A stretch of DNA of 63,287 nucleotides, filler included, from Octopus bimaculoides (GCF_001194135.2; 3 parts of 3 records of this genome joined end to end with filler, not necessarily neighbours in it), one strand, 5' to 3'; positions 1 to 12,961 are shown, counted from the whole stretch's first letter. Numbers and translations: made by a program. Notes: generated from the sequence alone by a model not told the origin.

Positions 1-92
<92 letters not shown>
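1..92. repeat. (TAT/TAA)n microsatellite
   Basis: Pure trinucleotide repeat; abuts the R4/Dong-like element. Confidence 0.98.
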
Positions 93-94
<2 letters not shown>

Positions 95-2135
95 TCACAA
101 CTATATATCTTGTACCTTGTTTTACCATTAATTTGCGTTAATATCCGTATATTAATATAATATATTACAAGGCATTTAGAGATTCATTGTCACTCTTCAA
201 AGTCAGTGTGGTTATCTATGATCTCATACTTACAGACAAAAAGTTTCGCAGAGTAGGAGCTATTTTATACATTTCCAGACATTTCCTAATCCAGCTATGT
301 GGTAGGCTATCAAAGGCCTTTTTATAGTTTATCCAGGCTATTGACAAGTTTTTGTGTCGTTTGTGACAATCTTCTAAGATCATCTTATTAATGAGTAGCT
401 GATCTTTGCAACCATAGGAACCACGTTTACATCCTTTTTTCTCATTAGGGAATATGCTGTTTTCTATTTAAAAAAAAACTATAGGTATATTCAGTCAGGA
501 CAGATGCTAGCGTTTTATACATTGTTGTTAAACAGGTTATGGGTCTATAATTTTTTGGTTCATTTGTTTCTTCATTTTTTGGAAGCAGGAATGTTAAACC
601 ATTAACCAGCCAAGAGGGCATCATACTAGGATGTTGCAAAACATCGCTGTAAAGTTCTGTTAGCAGTTTATGGCTCTCTGGGAAGGCGTTCAACCAGCAG
701 TTAGGAATTTTATCCTTTTCTGTAGACTTCCATTTGCTTGTCCTTCTAGCTTGACACCCTCCCACTTTTGCTCCTCTAAGGAATCTAAGTCTGTAGATAT
801 TCTCTCAATCGAATGGGCCTTTACATTGTGTGTTTTTTCTTCGGCCTAAATTTTATTCCAAAACCCTGCACTTCTTTTGATGGGACAGACTTTACTGTGA
901 CTGGAATTTTCCCTATCTTCCTGTAAACATGTTTGAGGTTATTTTTAAACTTGTTGTCCTTCAAGAATCTAACGCGCTTTTCATACTTTGCTATCCGAGC
1001 AGCTTTAACACGTATCTTTTGCTTGGTGTATTTCTATGGTGGCATCAATGACAAGTATGGTTTTCATATTATATTTTTTCTTTAATTTACGTTTTTTTTA
1101 GGTTTGCTAATCTTGTCAAACTTAAGATTTTTCAAACATTCTATATCAAACCTAAGTAGTTTAATTTGGTGTTGAATACACTCTACGCTCTTGTCAAGAG
1201 GGCTTTTTGTGGGAATGTTGCCGTTTTCTAATCTTTTCACTGCAGAGTCATTGAGATTTTCGCGGATGTATAGTACAGGTGTTTGAGATCTGTGATAACA
1301 TCATTAGCTGAAATTATATCCTTCGGTGCAAGGTGGATTTTACCTATTACTTTCAGGCTTTGGATAGAATTGCGAATTTTTGGGAGAGTATCGCGTTCAT
1401 ACATGATGGTTTCTTTAACTTTCAGCCATTCAATCATAATTTGATTTTTTAGATCATGTAGTTCTGTTGGATCAATATTTGTGCGACTTTCTTCATTTAT
1501 TTCATATTCATCTGAAATAGTGTTTATGGTTGATTCAGAGGGTATTTCATTTGCCTATCAATTATGTTAGCTCTTTCAATCATTACTGCGTTTTCATCAG
1601 CCTTGAGCTAGTCTACAATTATTTCCACTGTAGTATCTTCTTTAGCTGCAGCTTCGTTAATTCTATCCCTTACTGCCTGTTTAATTTGGTCAATTTCTAG
1701 TTCAGACAGTAATTTTTTTTTCATAATGTTTCTTCTTACGTTGGCAAGTTTATTACTGTCTATGTAGGCTCTTACTTCAGGGTGTTTCTGTCTCCAGTTT
1801 AAGTAGGTTTGTGCAGTATGAGATTTATCTGTGGGGAAATATATGGCATTGTAGAAGGCCGTAAGAACTTCGTTATTATCTTCCCTAGACCATTTTTCAG
1901 TCTTTTTCTTTTGGTTATTTGATGACGAACATTCAAGGCCATCTGTTGGAACATTCCGGTTGTGGGGTACTTAATATTGCTCGTGATTATAACCATTCGG
2001 CATTGGGAAGATTTGAACCAGTAGCTGATTTTTCCATTCGAATCTGGTTCAACATTCGGGTACGTGGTCTTTTGTAATGCGGTTGATGACTATTCCGGTT
2101 TGTATTTTGCTTTGTTAATAGTGAGGCATGACGAG

Positions 2136-2136
<1 letters not shown>
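93..2136 (-). mobile_element. R4/Dong-clade non-LTR retrotransposon, degenerate 5' part (N-terminal domain and RT)
   Basis: Minus frames give an R4-type N-terminus (WSREDNNEVLTAFYNA..WRQKHPEVRAYIDSNKLANVRRNI) and RT motifs (LLPKNEETNEPKNYRPITCL; [32 protein letters not shown]). Frameshifted and lacking the 3' half; (TAA)n on both sides. Confidence 0.8.
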
Positions 2137-2192
<56 letters not shown>

Positions 2193-2218
2193 GTTGTTGT
2201 TGTTGTTGTTGTTGTTGT
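2137..2218. repeat. (ATT)n(GTT)n compound microsatellite
   Basis: Direct reading of the sequence. Confidence 0.97.
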
Positions 2219-2261
2219 TTTTGTATTTGCGAATGGTCATGTTGCCAGTTTAGCCAATAAA

Positions 2262-2660
2262 AAAACACACGCACTATATATTTGGTGTTAATTTGCTTCA
2301 GCTTTATTTTATATTAATCGTATTTCGGACAGAGCTCTTTCGTCACACTTCTGTGACCTCATCGGTGGTCCTTTGCTTTCTTCTTTTCTATTTGTGTGTC
2401 TTTCCTTACTAACGATCAGCCATTTTGTATTTTGTATTCCTTTTGTATGTGTCTTTATTGGCATATGCGTATCCCCCTATGTGTGTCTATGTTTAGTAAG
2501 TTCGTGTGTGTGTATGGGGAGTGCCTGTATTATCTGTATCCCCTGTTTATACACGTTCGTTTAATTTGTTATAAACAAATTACAGGCTCTTCCCATACAC
2601 ACACACGGACTTACTAAACATAGTAATATACAGTCCACACCACACACAGTTCATTCATAA
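2262..2660 (-). mobile_element. Penelope-like terminal repeat (pLTR) fragment carrying a hammerhead motif
   Basis: Shares ACACACGCACTATATATTT and a nearly identical hammerhead with 22455-22620; contains a 43-bp inverted repeat (2487-2529/2581-2623). Confidence 0.5.
2327..2371 (-). ncRNA. Minimal type I hammerhead ribozyme, core mutated (CCGAUGA)
   Basis: Minus strand reads GGACCA CCGAUGA G GUCACA-GAAG-UGUGAC GAAA GAGCUC^UGUCC. Stems I and II are present; U4 is changed to C. Confidence 0.55.
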
Positions 2661-2799
2661 CACGAGAAACAATCATTTTGCGTTGTCGACCAAATTTTTC
2701 GGAGATGTTTGTATTTATGACAGTTTGAACTTACCAGTACCACAGGAACTAATAGCACAAATAGCAATTTTCTATTCACCACAAACAAATATAATTCCT

Positions 2800-5750
2800 A
2801 GATTTTAATAAGTGCATATTACTAATCATTAATTTGGCGCATATGATAGTGACCTTTTGCCCTAGCGTATGCATTTGAACTGGTCATTCGAAACGCTCCA
2901 GAGAAGTTTTTATTTGAACAGTCAAAAATGCGAGCACATTTAAGATTATGCCTCGAAGTTAATAAATTTGTTCCTCTCCCGATAGCAAGAATCTTTGAAA
3001 TGTCTTCAAAAACCACAGAAGTCACTCACTTTCTATCACCGACCAGAAAGTGATTACCCCTAGAAAGACGAGTAAAAATTATAACATCTCATTTGAACAT
3101 TCAGAACAAAATTTATTACCCAATAGGTTTCATGTTTTAAGTGTAGATTTCGAGCAAACCCCCAAAAGTAGCCAGGAATCTATTGAGAGTAAAACTCTGA
3201 GAATCACCTGCCCGAGAAAATCCATCACACTAGAGAATACGTCGGTCATAAATTTATCTAAAGTAAAACTTTCGCCCGCCGATGTCTCAGTCTTGGAGTT
3301 TAGACTGAGATTTTGCCCAGACACTAAGAATTTCGACAAAAATAATCTAGCGCAAGGGCTATTTCAGTTTGCCCGCCGTCACAAGCTGAAAGAATATTTT
3401 TTTGAAAAACACTGGTAACGAGGAATCAGAAAAACCTATGTCTACTAAAGATAAAAATGATGATAATCGAATCTGGCTTAATTGGATTGAAAAGAATCCC
3501 AATTGGTATCCAGGTAAAGTTCGGGACGGAAGTTCACAAGCACTACTGGAATATCTTGAACCTTGTCAGACAGGCATTAAGGAAAGCCTTCAAACAAATG
3601 GAAAGAAGTCCAAGAATAACTTCACAAATTCCCAATGCTACGCATTCCGACGTCTAGCTAATACCGATTCTATTGTTATTAAAATGGCGGAGAAGTGAAG
3701 CGATATCGTAATTATGGACAAAGGTGAGGTTATTTCGGCTTCTGAAGTAGTTTTAAGAGACAGAATTTCATATGAAGAATTACCTGTCGATCCAAACCCC
3801 AATTACACAGAGGACCATGACAAAATATATTTGGAAACGGTGGAAGACAATTTCATTAATGAGGCTGAATTCAGGATTTTACGATCAGAAAGAAGAAAAG
3901 CTGTATTTTATGGTCTCCCTTACATACACAAAAAGTTCGAAAGCTTTCCACCAATGCGCCTAGTTTGCAGCGGATATAAATGTTGTACAGCCACGATTTC
4001 GGAATGGCTGGATGGCTTTCTACTCCCTGTTGCAAAAAGATCAGTTTCCATTATTCGGGATATTTTTGATTTTGTGTCTACAATGAACAACTTTTATAAG
4101 CTCCGAAGAGAATGCTTCTTTCTTACATCCCAATATTGACCACGATGAATGAGTAGAAGCATGCATCAATGCCTTCGGAAAACGGTTAAACAAAAGTATA
4201 TCAAATCATTTTTTCTGTAGGTTATTGAGGTTTGTGTAACAGAATGAAATTTGAACAAAAATGTTTCCACCAGACGAGGCTTTGCGCCATAGGTACCCCA
4301 TGGCAGTTAATTTCGCTAATATCTTCATGACAAAATTCGAGATGCTTTTACTGAAGACATTCTGATCCCTACATGGTCATAAACCAATACTCTGGTTACG
4401 TTTCAATGATGTCCCCTTTTTTTGTCTGGGAAATGATCAGGGGATAGTTTAACTGATTTCTTGCCTTTCTGTAACTGCTGTGCTAAAATCTATGGCTTTA
4501 AGTCCAACATATGATTTATGCCTAGTTTTTCAAAAAATGACGTTGAATTTTATTTTGGACAAAATGTTGGAGGCAAAATAGTAACAGTGCAAGTCTGCAA
4601 GTCCACGTCATCCCACATTTACCTCCAACGCCGTTCCGATCATCCACACCATATAATTCGGTTAAATCCGGATCGCAAATTTTGAGTATAAAGCGGATTT
4701 GTACTAACATAGGGGATTACTGGAAACATGCAAATGCTATTGTATACCATTATATGAAATGCAGTTACAGTGAATCACGATTAAAAGGAATAGCAAATGG
4801 GATAGGATTAGCAAAGAAAGTGAAAACTTCACGCATAATCTTAACAAGCACGATGCAATATGTGACAGAATTCATTTAGTGATTAACTGGCACCGAAATT
4901 TCGCTTGTATTTCAAAAGTGTTGCATGAAAATTACCAGCATGCTGCATGAAAGTATCCTCATTTCAAACAGATATTTCCTCAGCTACCTGTACCGCCTTT
5001 AGAGGGAATAATACTATGGGAGTTAGAAAACTAACACTGGAGTATATGCATGCTGTACCTTGAAAAACAGCCGCAAGTGAGGTAAGCCCTGTGCAACAAC
5101 ATGAGTCAAGTCAATTCCATCAGGAATCATAACAGAAATGTTATTATTTATATAGAAGGTGGGACATGTAGAGATTCCCATTTAGTATATGCGGCAGATG
5201 CACGAAACACAACTTGATTTATGTTGGTTGTACAACAGAACAATTAAACAAAAGATTTAATGGGCACAGATATAAGGTCAGGTACAATATCAATAGTTTG
5301 ACAGAACTTCTCGAACATTTTGTTTCAAATGGCTGCAATTTTGAAAAAAAAATCGATAGTGCATATTCTTAGAAAATATTCTGAATCTGCTCCCCTTTCA
5401 ATACTCAATATGCATGGGGAGAACTATGTGTGCGGGTTATTAACATCATGCCCTGGAGGAATGAATAAAGTGACAGGAGATATCAAATTTACACAAAACT
5501 TTTTCTCTTCGCCAGCTATAAAATTGAATCTTAAAGATTGATGATGTCATTCCATGAACGTGTGGACGCTGGTTGTTCTTGTTCATAATTTAGATTCTTA
5601 GATATCTATAATTTTGAATTTTTATCACATTCTATTCTGAACACGACAAAGACAGGCTTGCTGTCGAAATATCGTTCAACTAATAAAATATGTATTGCAA
5701 TCGCATCGCGCTCTCCATTTTGTCAGTTTGCCTTTATGAAGAGTTACGTC
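2800..5750 (+). mobile_element. Penelope-like element (RT + GIY-YIG), degenerate, near full length
   Basis: PLE motifs in order: VINLSKVKLSPADVSVLEFRLRFCP, IVIKMAEK..IVIMDK, FYGLPYIHKK..PPMRLVCSG, LHPNIDHDE, PMAVNFANIFMTKFE, then GIY-YIG IYVGCTTEQLNKRFNGHRY (~5215-5275). Many stops and frameshifts. Confidence 0.85.
5638..5678 (+). ncRNA. Relic hammerhead ribozyme at the 3' end of the Penelope-like element
   Basis: UGAAC acgacaa a GACAG-gcuug-CUGUC GAAA UAUC^GUUCA. Stems I and II and GAAA are intact; the CUGANGA box is decayed. Confidence 0.35.
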
Positions 5751-5756
5751 AATCCT

Positions 5757-5770
5757 ATAATTATTATTAC

Positions 5771-5837
<67 letters not shown>
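5757..5837. repeat. (TAT/TAA)n microsatellite
   Basis: Direct reading; forms the 3' tail/target of the adjacent Dong-like copy. Confidence 0.97.
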
Positions 5838-6525
5838 GCAGATATTTCATCGTATTCAATGTCGTGAGATTGTTCATTGAAGATAATGTGTGTACTGGAG
5901 GAAGGGGGTACGGTTTGTCGTCACAACAAAGACCTCAGACAGACAGTACTTTACGCAATATACGTGCAGTTCCATGTAAAGTCGACTTTTGCAATACACC
6001 TAGATTTTCGAGTGTTTCTAAAGTTTTCACATGTTTTCGTGTTTTTTTTTCTGATTGGGTTAGTATTAAACGCAATGGTCAAATGAAAACAGGGATAAAC
6101 TTTATGTTTGACTCTCGTAGCTGCCACGTCTTAGACATCTCAATTCTCAGGTTATTATATTTATCAACCTTTTCTCTTACTTTCATGATGATATGTTGAT
6201 CTCCAGGCACTGCCACGTCGATTGTTAGACACTCTTGTTTGTCCCATCTAAGGGCTACTATTTCCAGCCTTCGATCCAGTAATACCATGTCTGTCTGGAA
6301 GTAAAAGTCACACCGGATATTTGCCTTTTATTTGCCTTTCTCTTTTCGTTCATTACTTTTTCTGGTGTATGTTGAGACCAAGCACCAGTAACCTCACAGT
6401 CATACTTATGGCATAGTAGCCAGTTGAGGTTTTGGCTTACCTTGTCGATCCTCCTCCTGCACATTCTGTAGAGGTTCGTTGCACTTGTGTAGTATATGTT
6501 GTTTTTCACTGAGTTGATATTCAAT
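5838..6525 (-). mobile_element. R4/Dong-clade retrotransposon, 5'-truncated 3' end with restriction-like endonuclease
   Basis: Minus frames: KVSQNLNWLLCHKY..HTPEKV, LLDRRLEIVALRWDKQECLTIDVAVPGD..KVDKYNNL (PD..D..K-type RLE), C-terminal HGTARILRKVLSV*, ~100 nt 3'UTR, then (TAA)n. Confidence 0.85.
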
Positions 6526-6529
6526 AACT

Positions 6530-8470
6530 AGTCCTGGGTAGCTTCCACCTCATTGAGAGAGTGGCTAAAGAACTTGCCACAGGTGGGGCCCTGATCAATT
6601 TAGGTCAGTCTAAAGCTTTCGTTAGGATCAGCCATCTATACCTGGCGGTGGTCCTGAAGCTAACTGGTTTCAGACCTCGGTACAGTGACTAGATCGCTAC
6701 AATAAACAGCGACATCTATTTAGTGGTAAGAGTGAATAGTCACCTCTCAGAGCCGTTCAGCATCATGCTGTCCTGGGTAAAACTGTGCCTGGTAATGTCT
6801 TCCCCCTTGGTCTCTGTTCTACGTACTAACTTTCGAACCACTACTACATAAAAAGGAGGCGTTAAGAAGCATCCTGCGTGACCTAGAAAATGGGAGATAC
6901 GTGTCGGCATATGCCGACGACGTCACCGTAGTGGTGTCGGGTAATAAACACATAGAAAACACCGGCACCTCTCTCAGAGACTACGTGGCGGTCTCAGGAG
7001 AGACAATTAACCAGGAAAAAATCAGTGAGCTTGCGTCTCGGTACCTCGTGAGGCAAGTCCATGCCGTCCAACTGCATCGCTGGGCACTGGATGGGGTTAA
7101 ATTGCTCGGGCTTTGTTTTGGTCTGGACATCAATATGGACAAAATGTGAGACGAAGTAACAAGCAGGGTGACTACTTTCACCCAGAAATGGGCCGAGAGT
7201 TATCCTTCAAAGGTCGGGCAGCGGTGCCTAACGCCTATATGGCGTCCGTCATCTACTATCGCTTGGCCGTCGTGCCTCATTCTGGCCACCGTCTGATTAA
7301 GCTGGAGCGTATACAATTCCGCTTCTTATGGAATGGACGTGACCCGATGGTCAGGCGGTCTATCTGCTGAGAGTACTCACAGTGTGGTGGCCTGGGTATT
7401 CCGTGGTTGATGATGCGCAGACATGCGCTGAGGTTACGACATCTCCAGTGCTTTCTTGACGGTGTACAGGTGTGGCTCCCGTTTGCAAGACACCTATTTT
7501 TGCAGCTAGTTTCTTTAACGGAGCTGCTGTCCTGGATAAAACAGACACTGAAGGGGAGAATTTAGGAGGTGGACTGTCTTCAAGCGCTGAGAGTTCTCAG
7601 CCAATTGGACAGTGCGTTAGGTGGAACGTCCACTTTAGCTTTTTATAGAGGCTTAGTGGCGGAAAAGTGCAACGACGTTCCTGGGGAGAGCTTGAGCGTC
7701 GAAGAATATCTGCTAGTCGCTCTTTTCCAGAGAACTTTCAGGTTGTGACGATCGATAATTTCCAAAAATAGCTGGCCTGCAGTGCTATCGGGGAGCTTTG
7801 CCCGTTCGAGAAAAACTTTATAGGTACGGATGTGCCATCAGCCGATTATGTTTGAGATGCGCGCATGATGACGGGACGGCCCTGCATGCACTCGTCCAGT
7901 GCCCGAGCATTGCTGACTTGTGGGTTTGTTTCGAAAACCTGCTGTCGTGTGAGGGACAGATCCGACTATCAAATAAATCCATCGTGAATATCGCCCCGCT
8001 GTCTCACTTTAACCTGGAAGGAAAGGCTGTTTTTATATGCCTGGTGGCCATGCCGAAAGAGATTGTTTGGTGGACGAGATTGAAGGGGCTGAAAACACAT
8101 TTTTCTCTTTGGCCTATCCCTGATGAACTTCTTAATGTTTCACTTGAAAAGGAAAATAAGTGTAGAGAGGAAATTGTTGTCTTATAGCCAGTTTGCTCAA
8201 AGGTGAAAGAAAGTAGCGAGAACGGTGCGAGTGAACGGGCCTGCCCTGAGCATACATAAGTAGTTAGAAAAACAAAAAGGCACCTGTCCCAAAAGTCAGG
8301 GTACGCATGGATATTTTATGGGGTTTTTCCATGTGCAACCCTCGAACGTCTCCTCCCTATTGTGGATTTCTCTTTTTCTCTTCCCTTCTCATAACACACA
8401 TACATACATGCATTCTTTGTTTTGTCCTGTGCTGTCTATAAGGTATATTTTCTTAATGTGGTCAATAAAG
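6530..8470 (+). mobile_element. Tx1/L1-clade LINE, 5'-truncated ORF2 (RT, C-terminal zinc-binding region) and 3'UTR
   Basis: SAYADDVTVVV, SGETINQEK, ASVIYYRLAVVP..LERIQFRFLWNG, PVREKLYRYG..CLRC..TALHALVQCP; AATAAA at ~8464 followed by an (ATT/ATC)n tail. Confidence 0.85.
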
Positions 8471-9217
8471 AAATCATTATTATTATTATCATTATAATCA
8501 TTGTTTTTTTGCTGCTGTTTTTGTTGCTATTCATATTCTTATTCTTATCATCATAATCATCATTGTTGTTATTGTTGCTGTTTATATATATATGTGTGTA
8601 TGAGTGTGTGTGTAGTTATGTAGTTATATATCACTGTATCAATGTGTTTCAATGGATCTTGGTAATTTTTCGTCAATATAGATTTTCTCTCTCTTTATGC
8701 CAAAAGATTAAATCTGTCTGCACATACAAAGATAGTCCAGCATTGCGCGAGATTGCTATCGTTCACCATGGCTTCTAAATCTATTCGAGGTCAAATATTC
8801 TGCACATGCATAGATGTGTGAATATATGTACGTGTATAGTTATCTATCTATCTATCAATCAATCAATCTATCTATCTATCTNNNNNNNNNNNNNNNNNNN
8901 NNNNNNNNNNNNNNNNNNNNNNNNNNNNNNNNNNNNNNNNNNNNNNNNNNNNNNNNNNNNNNNNNNNNNNNNNNNNNNNNNNNNNNNNNNNNNNNNNNNN
9001 NNNNNNNNNNNNNNNNNNNNNNNNNNNNNNNNNNNNNNNNNNNNNNNNNNNNNNNNNNNNNNNNNNNNNNNNNNNNNNNNNNNNNNNNNNNNNNNNNNNN
9101 NNNNNNNNNNNNNNNNNNNNNNNNNNNNNNNNNNNNNNNNNNNNNNNNNNNNNNNNNNNNNNNNNNNNNNNNNNNNNNNNNNNNNNNNNNNNNNNNNNNN
9201 NNNNNNNNNNNNNNNNN

Positions 9218-9256
<39 letters not shown>

Positions 9257-10030
9257 ATATTGATAAACATCAGTGCTGGGAAAAGATATTTGCACAGTTG
9301 CTTTAGGAAGCCAAGAAATCATATTGAAATTTAAGTCATACAAACTGAAGCAATGGTGATATAAGTATACGATTAAAAATATACAGGATGGTACGAAAGC
9401 CTTATCAGTTCCCTATCTGAAATACAATACGCGTTGCTGAGTGTGCTAAACGAGAACCATTACTCATGGAAATGGTGTAATTAGATCAATATGGCTCGGT
9501 ATCCGATAGTATCCAATGGTTTTTTTTATTGAGAAATATTCCACATTTTTTATCGAATACCCAGATATTTCACGGTAATATTCACAAATAGTATCTCCTG
9601 ATATGCTTATGAGGCACAAACTATTTCGTTTCCATGCATATATTTGCATGTGTATGTTTACTATTATGGGAGAAGTGGTTATCTATGTCGTGAAAAAAAT
9701 ATAAATAGAAGATATATAAATGCATCAATATAATATAGGATAATTTCTTTTGTATAAAACCATTTATAGACCTACAGTTTAACATAACAATAATATTTAG
9801 TGCACTGCGTTACAGATATTAAAATACAAACATGCATTTTTAGCAAATTCTGTACACAGTTAACTGACCAATGCAAATCAATGCAATCATATTATCTTAT
9901 ACTAATCGAACTCAACGTTCTTAATCGGACTAGTTCTGGAAGATCGTTTTTAACAGTGGACAACTTTAGTGAGAATAAAACTTTGTACGGTTACGAAACA
10001 AAGAATCAGTTTCGACAAAGAAATACACAC

Positions 10031-10064
<34 letters not shown>

Positions 10065-10494
10065 TATACGCATAGATACATATAGTGTAAGAGAGAGAGA
10101 GAGAGAGAATCAGAGAAATCATGGTGAAGAAAAGAAAAATTGGATAAGTGCACTCCGTTAAAAAAGCTACATGAAGTGTCTGCATGTTAGCTGTCGAATG
10201 TCAGGTGATGGATGTTGATATTGATGTGTTTTTAGGATATTTAAGCGAAGGCAAGGAAGAGGATGTGTGTGTGTTTTTGTGTATGTGTGCGTGAGTGAGT
10301 GTGTGTGNNNNNNNNNNNNNNNNNNNNNNNNNNNNNNNNNNNNNNNNNNNNNNNNNNNNNNNNNNNNNNNNNNNNNNNNNNNNNNNNNNNNNNNNNNNNN
10401 NNNNNNNNNNNNNNNNNNNNNNNNNNNNNNNNNNNNNNNNNNNNNNNNNNNNNNNNNNNNNNNNNNNNNNNNNNNNNNNNNNNNNNNNNNNNNN

Positions 10495-11521
10495 GGGGGG
10501 CGTATCTCGCCTCAAAAAATTGTGAAATTTTGTAAATTCTCCTATTTTATGGAGGATTTTTTTTGTGTGTGTGACCCTGGAATACCTTTTTGGAGTACCA
10601 TTTATGGAATACATGTAGGCCAGGATTACTGGGTGGCCGGAAATGTGTTGCTGTGACTTGAACTGTCTTCTTTCCTTCCTTTTCTCTGCTCTGTCTTTCT
10701 GCTCTTTTTTTTTTTCTTAACTGTATTTAGACTTTTTGTGGACCTTTTTAAACTTTTTGAACTTTTTCGGCAAGCATGGCAAAAAAGGGAAACACTGCGT
10801 TGGAGTGGGAGATTGTCCCACCCAAGCAGTAGTTAAAAGACTTAAGGGAGAGAACAGTGGTGTTGAGGATGTGCTCTAAGTCACTCGATACCATTTAGCT
10901 CTTTCCCAAAGTTGAAATTGAAAAAAAGTTAGCAGAATATCTGCCAACTGTTAAGTTTATTGCCAGAGGTCTCAAGTACGCAACGGTGTGGTTGCTATTT
11001 GACACCCCTGAGGTGGCTCACAAGTTTACGTGCCAGCCCTTAGAAGGGCAAAAAATTAAGTTTTTTCCCACATACTGTAGGAAGAAATTAACAAGTGCTT
11101 GGGTCTGTAGGCTGCCACCCGGGATAGAACCCGAGTGGATAGAGGATACTATCCGCCGGGGTCTGGGTGGCAGCGGAGCCAAACTCCTTAACGTTAAAAT
11201 TCTGCCTGCGGCTGATTGAGTTGTGTCAAAAGGTGTGTTGAGCCTGTGGACCGAATCAGCGAAAGATCTGGTTCTTCCAGATTTTCTGAGAATGACCGGT
11301 TCCAGGTATCCGGTGATTCTTAAGGGACGCCCCACTCCTCCAAGTGTCACCTGTGCCTCGAACCAGGCCACATTAAAAATAACTCTCCCCAGGACTAAGG
11401 TAAGGTCCTGGAACAGTTAATAGATGTGGTGCCCCCCGCTCCCCCATTGGACGGAGAGACGGAAGAAGTCGAGGATGTGGAATTCTCCTCGAAAAAAGGA
11501 AAGAAAAGAAATAAGGTGGGA
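10495..11521 (+). mobile_element. Tx1-like LINE 5'UTR and degenerate ORF1 (gag-like, zinc knuckle)
   Basis: ATG ~10776; FFPTYCRKKLTSAWVCRLPPGIEPEWI, YPVILKGRP, then KCHLCLEPGHIKNNSP (CCHC-like, last C to S). Runs into an N gap. Confidence 0.75.
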
Positions 11522-12961
11522 NNNNNNNNNNNNNNNNNNNNNNNNNNNNNNNNNNNNNNNNNNNNNNNNNNNNNNNNNNNNNNNNNNNNNNNNNNNNNNN
11601 NNNNNNNNNNNNNNNNNNNNNNNNNNNNNNNNNNNNNNNNNNNNNNNNNNNNNNNNNNNNNNNNNNNNNNNNNNNNNNNNNNNNNNNNNNNNNNNNNNNN
11701 NNNNNNNNNNNNNNNNNNNNNNNNNNNNNNNNNNNNNNNNNNNNNNNNNNNNNNNNNNNNNNNNNNNNNNNNNNNNNNNNNNNNNNNNNNNNNNNNNNNN
11801 NNNNNNNNNNNNNNNNNNNNNNNNNNNNNNNNNNNNNNNNNNNNNNNNNNNNNNNNNNNNNNNNNNNNNNNNNNNNNNNNNNNNNNNNNNNNNNNNNNNN
11901 NNNNNNNNNNNNNNNNNNNNNNNNNNNNNNNNNNNNNNNNNNNNNNNNNNNNNNNNNNNNNNNNNNNNNNNNNNNNNNNNNNNNNNNNNNNNNNNNNNNN
12001 NNNNNNNNNNNNNNNNNNNNNNNNNNNNNNNNNNNNNNNNNNNNNNNNNNNNNNNNNNNNNNNNNNNNNNNNNNNNNNNNNNNNNNNNNNNNNNNNNNNN
12101 NNNNNNNNNNNNNNNNNNNNNNNNNNNNNNNNNNNNNNNNNNNNNNNNNNNNNNNNNNNNNNNNNNNNNNNNNNNNNNNNNNNNNNNNNNNNNNNNNNNN
12201 NNNNNNNNNNNNNNNNNNNNNNNNNNNNNNNNNNNNNNNNNNNNNNNNNNNNNNNNNNNNNNNNNNNNNNNNNNNNNNNNNNNNNNNNNNNNNNNNNNNN
12301 NNNNNNNNNNNNNNNNNNNNNNNNNNNNNNNNNNNNNNNNNNNNNNNNNNNNNNNNNNNNGAAAAAAGAAAAAAAAGAACAGTGTTTTCGATGGGTAATC
12401 GATCGGCAGGTGTCGTTGCCCCTCTCATCTATATCATTTTGTCTATCATTTGATATTCTTGTATTGCTGTCTAGCCCGCATTGCTGCTGCAACGCTTTGT
12501 AATGCCCTAGTGGCAAATTTTATAAAATAAAGTAGCTTGCATACCAAGTAGCTTGCTTCCGGTTACTGCACATGCGTTGATTCAGTTGCTGGTTTGTTTT
12601 TTCTGTGCTTCTTGGCAGCGGTTTAGAGAAAATGTATTCAAATGTTAGCGGGTCTGAATTGTCTTTAGCGGAGGAGTAGTTGGTGAAGGCGGTGAGAAGA
12701 GTGGACGAAATATTGGAGAGATTTTCTGAGGCGGCGGAGATGAAATAAAATGATATAGACCTGGCTGGACTAAAGGAATATGGAAAAATGACACAGAAGG
12801 TGGGTCGCGGCGTGAATTTGTCGCCGCTTAAAGGAATCATGGAGCAAATGAAGAGGAAAATTATCACGTATATGGCCTCCGCATATAGGTGTGGAGGTCA
12901 TAAGGTGCTCTGTGTTGCAAAAACTGAAAAAACTGAAAGAGGAGTTTCGCTTATGGCCGCT

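Noticed and set aside
12380-12420. CUGCCGA..hairpin..GAAA on the minus strand
   Set aside because: The core deviates and stems I/III do not form convincingly.
8806-12516. Long ORFs of 100-370 aa in the ORF track (also at 16.2-16.8, 24.0-24.5, 35.3-36.3 and 46.0-46.9 kb)
   Set aside because: They are open only because they run through N gaps and dinucleotide repeats.
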